DNA of 59,678 nucleotides, counting the filler. It is 5 parts of 5 records of this genome, joined end to end, with 100 filler letters (N's around TTAATTAATTAA, not from the genome) between each part and the next. Parts side by side here need not be neighbours in the genome. Positions count along the whole stretch, not along the records: positions 48,402 to 59,678 come from SRR22947727_2754; 4 more parts are not named here. One strand, written 5' to 3'. The notes under the pieces were generated by a model, which saw nothing but the letters and a program-made list of their open reading frames with translations, did not search any database and was not told the DNA's origin. Numbering within the stretch: position 1 is the stretch's first letter; each line of letters starts with the position of its first letter. Of this stretch, positions 52,643 through 59,678 are shown piece by piece. Both the position numbers and the translations under genes were made by a program.

Positions 52643-54433
52643 CTAGGCACCATCTGTTTGAGAAAACTGCAATTTGGCCAGGCGCGCGTAGAGCCCGCCT
52701 TCTGCGACCAAACTGGCATGCGTGCCCTGCGCTATAATTTGGCCCTGATCCATCACCAGAATGCGATCGGCATTTTTGACCGTCGCCAAACGATGCGCCA
52801 CCACCAAGGTGGTGCGATGTTTTGACAGCGCCTCAAATGCTTTTTGTACCAAAGCCTCACTCTCGCCATCCAGAGCCGAGGTGGCCTCATCCAGCAAGAG
52901 CACCGGCGCATCGCGCAGAATTGCGCGGGCAATGGCAATCCGTTGCTTCTGCCCGCCAGAAAGCATCACGCCGCGCTCGCCGACATAGCTGTCATAGCCA
53001 TCAGGCAGCGCACGAATAAAATCATCTGCCGCCGCCGCCTTGGCCGCCGCAATCACCTCATCGCGGCTGGCACTTGGGCGGCCAAATAAGATATTGTCAT
53101 AGGCGGAACTGGCAAAAACAACCGAATCTTGCGGAACAAGCGCCATGAATTGGCGAAAATCACTGCGCCGCATCTGAGGCAAAGCCACACCGCCAAAGGT
53201 GATATGGCCGGCTTGCGGATCAAAAAACCGCTGCACCAGCTGAATAATCGTGGACTTGCCAGCTCCAGAAGGTCCCACCAGGGCCACCGTTTCACCGGGA
53301 TTGATCGTAAAATTCACCCCATTGAGCGCCGGCTGGTCTGGCCGGCTTGGAAAAGCAAACTTTACATCCTCAAACACCAAGGCCCCCGGTTTCGCCGGGA
53401 TCGGCTCCTGTGGATCGGCAATCGAATCCTCCGCCTCCAACAGCTCAACCAGACGTTCCGTCGCCCCGGCCGCCCGCTGCAGCTCGGACCAAAGCTCTGA
53501 CAGGGCCGCCGTTGAGCTGGCAACAATGGCAGCGTAGATGACGAATTGCACCAATTGTCCGGCAGTGGTTGCCCCACTGCGCACGTCAATGGCACCAATC
53601 CACAAAACCCCCATCACGCCGCTAAATGCCACAAAGATAATGATCATCGTTATCAGCGCGCGCGTTTTGATCCTTGCGCGGGCGCTGTCATAGGCTTTCT
53701 CGGTGACATTTGAGAACTCTGTCGAGCTGCGGGCCTCATGGGTAAAGGCTTGTACGGTTTGTGCCGACAAAAGCGATTCCGACGCCTTCCCAGAGGAGGC
53801 CGCAATCCAGTCCTGGTTTTGTCGCGACAAGCCGCGCAATTTGCGCCCTAATGCCAAAATCGGCCCTAAAATGAGAGGCACGATCAAGAGCACCAAACCG
53901 GTCAGCTTTGGAGAGGTCCAGAGCATCATAATCAATCCACCAGACATCATCAGCATATTGCGCAGCATCCAGCTGGCAGAGGACCCGATGACCGAAAGGA
54001 TCAACGTCGTGTCGGTTGTGATACGGCTGAGAACTTCGCCAGTCATCAATTTCTCAAAATAGGCCGGTGACATGCCAATCATGCGGTCAAAAATGGCCTT
54101 GCGCAAATCTGCGACCACGCGCTCGCCAAGACGTGTCACCACATAATAGCGCAGGCCTGTGCCCAGAGCGAAGATCGCGGCCACTGCAATGGCGCCCATG
54201 AAATATTGATTGAGTAGGGACACATCCCCAACCGAAAATCCGTCAATCACCCGGCGGGCCGCAACCGGCAAAATCAATGACACGCTGGCCGTGATGGTGA
54301 GGGCCGCCAGTGCCAATACAACCCAAATTTTGTAAGGGGCAAAATAGGGAAGCAGAGCTTGTAACACGCCAACTCGTTTTGAGGCTGCGCGCTCTTCGCT
54401 CACCTCTGCCGCTGAATTTGGTGTCTGTGCCAT
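52643..54433 (-). CDS. ABC exporter, fused TMD-NBD (MsbA/ABCB-like)
   Basis: TM region, GPSGAGKS, LSGGQKQR, LLLDEATSALD, AHRL. Confidence 0.95.
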   Translation of the reverse strand: MAQTPNSAAEVSEERAASKRVGVLQALLPYFAPYKIWVVLALAALTITASVSLILPVAARRVIDGFSVGDVSLLNQYFMGAIAVAAIFALGTGLRYYVVTRLGERVVADLRKAIFDRMIGMSPAYFEKLMTGEVLSRITTDTTLILSVIGSSASWMLRNMLMMSGGLIMMLWTSPKLTGLVLLIVPLILGPILALGRKLRGLSRQNQDWIAASSGKASESLLSAQTVQAFTHEARSSTEFSNVTEKAYDSARARIKTRALITMIIIFVAFSGVMGVLWIGAIDVRSGATTAGQLVQFVIYAAIVASSTAALSELWSELQRAAGATERLVELLEAEDSIADPQEPIPAKPGALVFEDVKFAFPSRPDQPALNGVNFTINPGETVALVGPSGAGKSTIIQLVQRFFDPQAGHITFGGVALPQMRRSDFRQFMALVPQDSVVFASSAYDNILFGRPSASRDEVIAAAKAAAADDFIRALPDGYDSYVGERGVMLSGGQKQRIAIARAILRDAPVLLLDEATSALDGESEALVQKAFEALSKHRTTLVVAHRLATVKNADRILVMDQGQIIAQGTHASLVAEGGLYARLAKLQFSQTDGA

Positions 54434-54870
54434 GCCCGCCCCTTAAACTCGTCCACACGATGTATCCGGCTGTAGGGCAACCAACAAGAGGGCGCGTTCA
54501 ATAAAATCAGAGTGTCGCACATTCGATGACCGCAGATAGGCGGGCGGATCATAAGCCGGCGGGCGCGTGCGCTATTGCGGCGCGATCCCTCCGAAAACAC
54601 GCTTTCGCGCGATCAAAACACGTCAAAGTTTAAACCAATCACTAACAGGTTTAATTTAAAGGCTAATAGATCACTAAATTGTCTATTGATAACAATAAAA
54701 AGCGCATTTTCTACACTTTTGAAGACCCATTATAGCCAACTGTCCAATTGAGACACAGGGCCGGAAAGATTTACCCTTTGTTAGCATATTGAAACCTATT
54801 TGAGCAGCGAAGTCTCTCAATTCTTCCCACGACTTCATCTAAAACGACATAGATATTTAAGGACACCACA

Positions 54871-55371
54871 ATGACATATGCAATGAAACTCGCTGCACCA
54901 CTTTTCTTGGCAACATTGACAACTGCGCAGGTCGCGCAGGCTGGCAGTGCAACTGGCACAATGAATGTCTCTGGCAACGTTCAAGGCTCCTGCACCGTTT
55001 CTGCTGTTGCGCTGAATTTTGGCGCCACTACACCGGGTTCAGCAACAGACGCAGAGGGCAGCATCGGCGCCGCCTGCACAACCGGAACAACCTACACAAT
55101 CACCATTGATGGTGGCAGCTCTTTGGTTGATACCAACCGGCGTTTGGCTGAGGCCGAAAGCGAAAACTATCTGGAGTATATCATCGCGTTTGATGAATCG
55201 CGGGCCGTCGACAGCTACATCCCAGCAAATGGTGCCTTGGTCAGCAATGCCGTAGCGGCAAGCAGCGAAGCCGTGAACTACTCAGTCTACGGCCGCGTTC
55301 TGGCTGAAGAAAACAGCGCAGGTGTGGTTGGCACTTACTCCGACACATTGGGCATCACCATCACATACTAA
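54871..55371 (+). CDS. Spore-coat-U (SCPU) domain major pilin, CsuA/B-like
   Basis: Signal peptide, CTV...LNFG, CT.GT.YTI, VYGR, GTYSDT...TITY. Confidence 0.88.
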   Translation: MTYAMKLAAPLFLATLTTAQVAQAGSATGTMNVSGNVQGSCTVSAVALNFGATTPGSATDAEGSIGAACTTGTTYTITIDGGSSLVDTNRRLAEAESENYLEYIIAFDESRAVDSYIPANGALVSNAVAASSEAVNYSVYGRVLAEENSAGVVGTYSDTLGITITY

Positions 55372-55391
55372 TCCGACCGATTAGATCCCTT

Positions 55392-55430
55392 GAGTTGGGC
55401 CCTGGAGATTCCATTCACAGGGCCCAGTTC
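55392..55430 (+). terminator. Stem-loop after the major pilin (terminator or mRNA-stabilising element)
   Basis: GAGTTGGGCCCTG...CAGGGCCCAGTTC stem with G-U pairs; no strong U-tract. Confidence 0.55.
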
Positions 55431-55590
55431 AGTCCACCGTTACTGGCCAGAAATCTCTCTGCTTATTTGATTTTTCATATACAATTTTAATGCCTTACCT
55501 CGGTTTTAAGCAATGATTTAATACTCTTTAAGTATAGCGATACCTATCACTTATCGGCCCCAAACGGGCCACATTTTTAGGAGACCTCCT

Positions 55591-56313
55591 ATGACTGGCT
55601 TTCTGCGCATAGTTTATTCCGCTTTCACCATTGTTTTTCTAGCGACCACCCTTCAAGCCAATTCCACGATTGTTCCCGTCATTGTTGACGTGGAAGCCTC
55701 GGGCCGCGGAGTTGTGGAAATCACAAACCTGCGAACCCAGCCCACGCTTTATAACATCGAAGTCTTGAAATGGGCGGTGGTTGACGGGGTCGACGAATAT
55801 GAAGACACAAGATTATTCATCGTCAGCCCACCAAGTTTCAAACTCCACCCCGGATAATCGAAAAAAGTACGCCTCGGGTTTCGCGGCAAGCGCGGCACCC
55901 CATCGGAACAGACCTTTCGTCTTATCGTCGCGGAAGTCCCCTCGGAGGTGAAGAAAGCTGCGGAAGGCACATCGACCCTCGATGTGACCCTGCGCCATGT
56001 CTTGCCAGTCTATGTTGCGCCGCAAACCCCCGGCGGGCCGAAATTGAGCTGGACCATCACAACCCAAGGCGACACCGCCACCCTACGGGCCACCAACTCA
56101 GGCAACCAGCGGGCCACCGTGGTGAGCGTTGGTCTGCATCCGAACCCCAACTAAGAAAACACGCCCGTTTATGCCAACAACAGCTTGGCACACGTTTTGG
56201 CGGGATCGTGGCGTGAATGGCAAGTGAAGTTGCCGGAAGGTATTCTGCCAGGCAAAGCGGTCTACAAACTGACGGGCTTGAACCAAACCTATCAGCTCGC
56301 CAATCATGAATAG
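55591..56313 (+). pseudogene. PapD/CsuC-like pilus chaperone with two in-frame TAA stops
   Basis: One frame reads VSPPSFKLHPG*SKKVRL...FRLIVAEVP...LPVYVAP...NSGN...PN*EN...VLAGSWREW; TAA at 55855 and 56152, TAG at 56311. Confidence 0.85.
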
Positions 56314-56319
56314 GGCAGC

Positions 56320-59126
56320 GTGGCCGGTATTAAAACATATGTACGCTTATTCTCAATCTCTTGCGGGATCTGGCTTGCACCCCTGGCGCAGGCCAGCACG
56401 ACCGCACCATCAGCCGTCGTGCGAAATGGCATCCCGCAGAACAAAGTGGATGCCATAACCGCGCTGGCCCAGGCCCTCTTAGTGGCCCCTGAGCACTTAA
56501 TGGCGGTGATCGCCTTTGAAACCGATGGCAGTTTTGACCATCGGTTTCGAAATCCAGTGAATGAAACCCTCGGGTTGATCCAATTCACCCCAGAACTGGC
56601 CCAGCGATTGGGCACGAGCCAGGAAGATCTGGGCAAGGCCAGCTTTGAGCAGCACTTACATTATATCGGTCAGCTGCTCGAAGGCCGCGCTCAAAGCAAC
56701 CGCGCGGCGCCGCTCAGCTTGGCCGATATCTGCATCGCACTCATTGCGCCCGATCATATCGACGGGACAGAAACAACACCTGTCTTTACCAAAGACAACA
56801 CCCCGAAATCCTATACCCGCTATACGCCACTGGATATCGACGAGGATGGGCGCATCACCCGATCCGAAATTGACCAAAAACTGCGTGCCTATTGGATTGA
56901 TCTGGCCGATCGCGCCGACCTCGTGCCAGATTTTTTCGACCTCTACCTCAACGGGGAGAAACTTCCATTCTTCTTCTTTTTTGAGTTTCACAATGGCCAA
57001 GCCTATATTGACCCAGAAGATTTTGCCCAGCTTGGCCTGGCGGTCACCCCGCCCTTGGCGCGCCTGTTTGATCTCGACTATGTGGCTCTCGATCAAATTG
57101 GCGGTTTGAGCCTTCACTTCAGCGGCGATGCCACCCGTGCCTATTTCACCGCTCAACCTCAGCTTTTCGGCTCCAGCGCAAAGCGCGGCGCCGGTGGCGC
57201 GCCGCCTGTCATGGCCGAGCCCATCCCCAGCATGCTCCTGCGCTACGACATTACGAGCCAACTGTCCGGCACCGGCGCTTTGGCAGCACAGGCCTCCGGT
57301 CTGTTTGAATATTCAAACGCACATCTACAGGCGCAAGCCAACGCCCGCATACAAGCTGATAGCGAAGGCGGGGTGGAGCTCGACCTATTTGGCATCCAAG
57401 GCCGCTACCACCGGCCCAAACAAAATGCCCTCTGGCGGTTTGGCGAACAGGCGGGATTTTCAGGACCTGGCCTCAATGGTGCCGGATTCACCGGAGTAAG
57501 CTATGTCAGCGACTTTGGCTTCACGCCCAATCACAGCCATTTCAACACGATGTCTTTCGAGGGCGCAACTGGCTTGCCGGGTGATGTTGAATTTTACATC
57601 GGGGAGGCAAAAATAGGAGAAACCATCTCCGTAGACCGCGGCGGATTTCGCCTGGAAGACATCCCCTCAATTGACGGCAACGGCACGGTCTCCATTGTCC
57701 TGACGGATAAATTTGGTCGAAAAACCACGCAAAGCATTCCCTATTTCAACATGCCCGGCATATATAGAAAGGGCGCCTATGAGTTCCAATACGGTCTCGG
57801 CCTTATATCGCGCGGCCGCGGCATCTATCGCGGGCTCTATGGCTCGAGCGTACAGCGCTATGGTCTCACCGACCGGATTACCGCATCGGGGTCTGTCGCC
57901 TTTTGGCCAGGGGGCGCTCTGCTCGGCGGCGGCGCACAACATGCCTGGCGCGAAAAAACGATGGTCAACGCGACAGCCGCCGCCAATGCCAGCGCCAGCG
58001 GGTTGGGCCTGCAAGTGAAGGCCAATCTCTCACCCGCCACGCGGCCAGAAACCTTCAACTGGGGGGCGCAGCTGACCTTCCAAAACCACGCCTGGCGACA
58101 AGTCGGCCAGGGGCCGGAGGATGCGCCCAATTTCCAAGCCGCTATCCGCGGATTTCTCGCGCTGAACTTAACGGAGAAGGACACGCTCTCCACCTCGCTC
58201 ATGGTACAAAAGAAATGGGACACCGGTCTCGTGACGGCTTTCTCCACCCAATGGACTCGCACCTTAAATGAAAAATGGACCCTGTCGGCTCGCGCCGCCG
58301 CCCGGAGCGCAAAACTGGATCTATCCCTCTTGGTCAGCCGAACCTTCGGCAAAAAACGGGTCACGACTGCCAACTCGGCCATCAGTGAAAACGGCTCACA
58401 TTGGATGTTAATTTCTCAAAGTTTAGCCAAAGCGAGTCGGGGCTTTCTCAAACCTACAGCGGCAGCATCGACCAAACAGGTCCGGTCCGCCTTGACGCCA
58501 AATTCGAAAAACCAAGCCGCACGGCCAATCATCAACTTAGGTTCAGCTACAGCACATCTGCCACCTCTGGATATTACGCCCGTCGCGGTGTGCTAGGCCG
58601 CGCGAATGGAACATTTTTCGCAGCGCCAAAACTGGGACAACAATATGCGGTGGTGACCACCGGCGAAGCATCCGACATCCCCGTCTACCTGCAAAGTCAG
58701 GAAGTGACCAAAACCGATCGCAACGGCAATGCCATTGTACCAAACCTGCGGCGCGGCAAGGCCAATAAAATAAGCATCTCTCCAGAAGAAATTCCGTTTG
58801 AATATGACATCACAAATACGATGGTTACGGTCTACCCCTATCCCTTTGGCGCCTCCTTTATCAACCTCTCAACCCGCCTGCGGCGCTCGGCAATCGTGCA
58901 ACTTCGGGATGCCTCTGGCAGGGCCTTGCCAGCCGGAAGTGAGGTCACATTCGAGGGCGCAGAATATCCCTCCTATGTCATAGATTTCGGGGAAGTATTT
59001 TTTGAAGATTTGCCAGCCTCTACCACTTTGAATGTCACAATGGGAGAAGAAACCTGTGAAACAGCCATTAAATTTCCACCAAGCGATGACCTGCAACCCA
59101 CGCTCGGCCCGTTCACCTGCCGCTAA
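56320..59126 (+). pseudogene. Chaperone-usher outer-membrane usher (CsuD/FimD-like) with N-terminal lysozyme-like domain; one frameshift near 58389-58401
   Basis: Signal peptide; usher motifs LLRYD, GGFRLEDIP, VLTDKFGR, RYGLTDRIT; -1 frame continues with TKTDRNG, VPNL, G.ALPAGS and C-terminal C...C. Confidence 0.85.
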
Positions 59127-59577
59127 CGCCGCGGCCGCCCTACGGCTGGGCTGCATTTTGCTTGGCTTGACGGGCGGCCCCGCCGCGGCCGGCGAAGTGT
59201 TTTGCGCGATTGCTTCGTCAAGTTTGAATTTCGGTTCTGTCTCAGCCTCTGCGGGTCGATATTTCGACAGCTATGGGCTGGTGAAACTAGACTGTGAAAA
59301 CCTCAGCCAGCAGCAGCAGAACGCGCAGGTACAACTGCGCATTACTCCCGGCCCGCTCTGCCCCATAGCGGAATATCAGACCGCAGATGGCGCGGGCCTG
59401 GTATTGGCAGCTGATGCAGCAGAGCCGCAGGCCCTGGCGCCGCTGTCCTTGAAGCCGCAAGAAAAACTCAGGCTTGAACTCACGTTTCCCGCACAGTTGA
59501 GGCTGGGTCCGCAAACTCGCGCCGGTGTTCTTGAATTTCAATGCGACTTTGATGTGACCCTCGAGCCCGCACCCTAA
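59086..59577 (+). CDS. SCPU-domain minor pilin/tip subunit
   Basis: Hydrophobic leader ending PAAA, CAIASSSLNFG, LDC; last gene of the operon; start uncertain. Confidence 0.6.
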   Translation: MTCNPRSARSPAANAAAALRLGCILLGLTGGPAAAGEVFCAIASSSLNFGSVSASAGRYFDSYGLVKLDCENLSQQQQNAQVQLRITPGPLCPIAEYQTADGAGLVLAADAAEPQALAPLSLKPQEKLRLELTFPAQLRLGPQTRAGVLEFQCDFDVTLEPAP

Positions 59578-59648
59578 GATCCAAAGCACGTAACAACGCA
59601 ATTTCCATTATACGTTTGTATTTATTGATGGAAAAAATTGGGTAATTT

Positions 59649-59678
59649 TGGAGCGGGTAGCGGGAATCGAACCCGCAC
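59649..59678 (-). tRNA. tRNA-Gly, 3' half only (window edge; anticodon not visible)
   Basis: Reverse complement GTGCGGGTTCGATTCCCGCTACCCGCTCCA: T-arm, Gly-type acceptor, U73 and CCA. Confidence 0.8.

Noticed and set aside
54434-54870. att-site duplicate of the tRNA-Gly 3' end, or a CtrA/sigma54 box, upstream of the pilin
   Set aside because: No copy of TGGAGCGGGTAGC found by eye; TTAA pairs lack exact N7 spacing and no TGGCAC-N5-TTGC was seen.
55855-56154. TAA stop-codon reassignment or readthrough in the chaperone
   Set aside because: The neighbouring pilin, usher and minor pilin terminate at TAA at their expected C-termini.
56968-56982. TTC/T run (FFFFF) in the usher as a phase-variable tract
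   Set aside because: Short and in frame; the actual frameshift is elsewhere and not in a repeat.

Overview
This window is not one genome locus. It is five unrelated contigs joined by four identical 100-nt artificial linkers (N44-TTAATTAATTAA-N44). Taxonomy below is inferred from gene content and sequence style only. (1) 1-12547, archaeal, most like Marine Group II/Poseidoniales: pepA, an Hsp20-like/dnaK/thermosome cluster, HMG-CoA synthase, tdh, a eukaryote-like pyrG and small membrane/collagen-like genes. (2) 12648-25127, AT-rich betaproteobacterium (OM43/Methylophilales-like): DUF779, 4.5S RNA, dnaX-ybaB-recR, gph-ubiG-amidohydrolase, purA-hisZ-hflCKX-hfq-gltX. (3) 25228-32209, Rhodobacteraceae-like: tRNA-Pro, DUF192, cold-shock protein, pdxH, fabI, gpt, nucleoside hydrolase, ydiU, Na+/H+ antiporter. 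(4) 32310-48301, AT-rich surface-glycan island of uncertain host: PseI, PseG-GNAT, SpsF-aminotransferase, PIG-L, two PhyH-like dioxygenases and a CMAH-like MBL-fold protein; its two ends are a 30-bp perfect inverted repeat. (5) 48402-59678, Rhodobacteraceae-like: ada, desaturase, acyl-CoA synthetase, ABC exporter, then a Csu-type chaperone-usher pilus operon beside tRNA-Gly. Best novelty candidates: a pilus usher carrying an N-terminal lysozyme/transglycosylase-like domain with an EF-hand; a nonulosonic-acid tailoring cluster with CMAH-like and PhyH-like oxygenases; the inverted-repeat-bounded glycan contig; a eukaryote-type CTP synthase in an archaeon; an A10 slippage site in dnaX; and an Hfq lacking its rim arginines. 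No database searches were run; family calls rest on recalled motifs.
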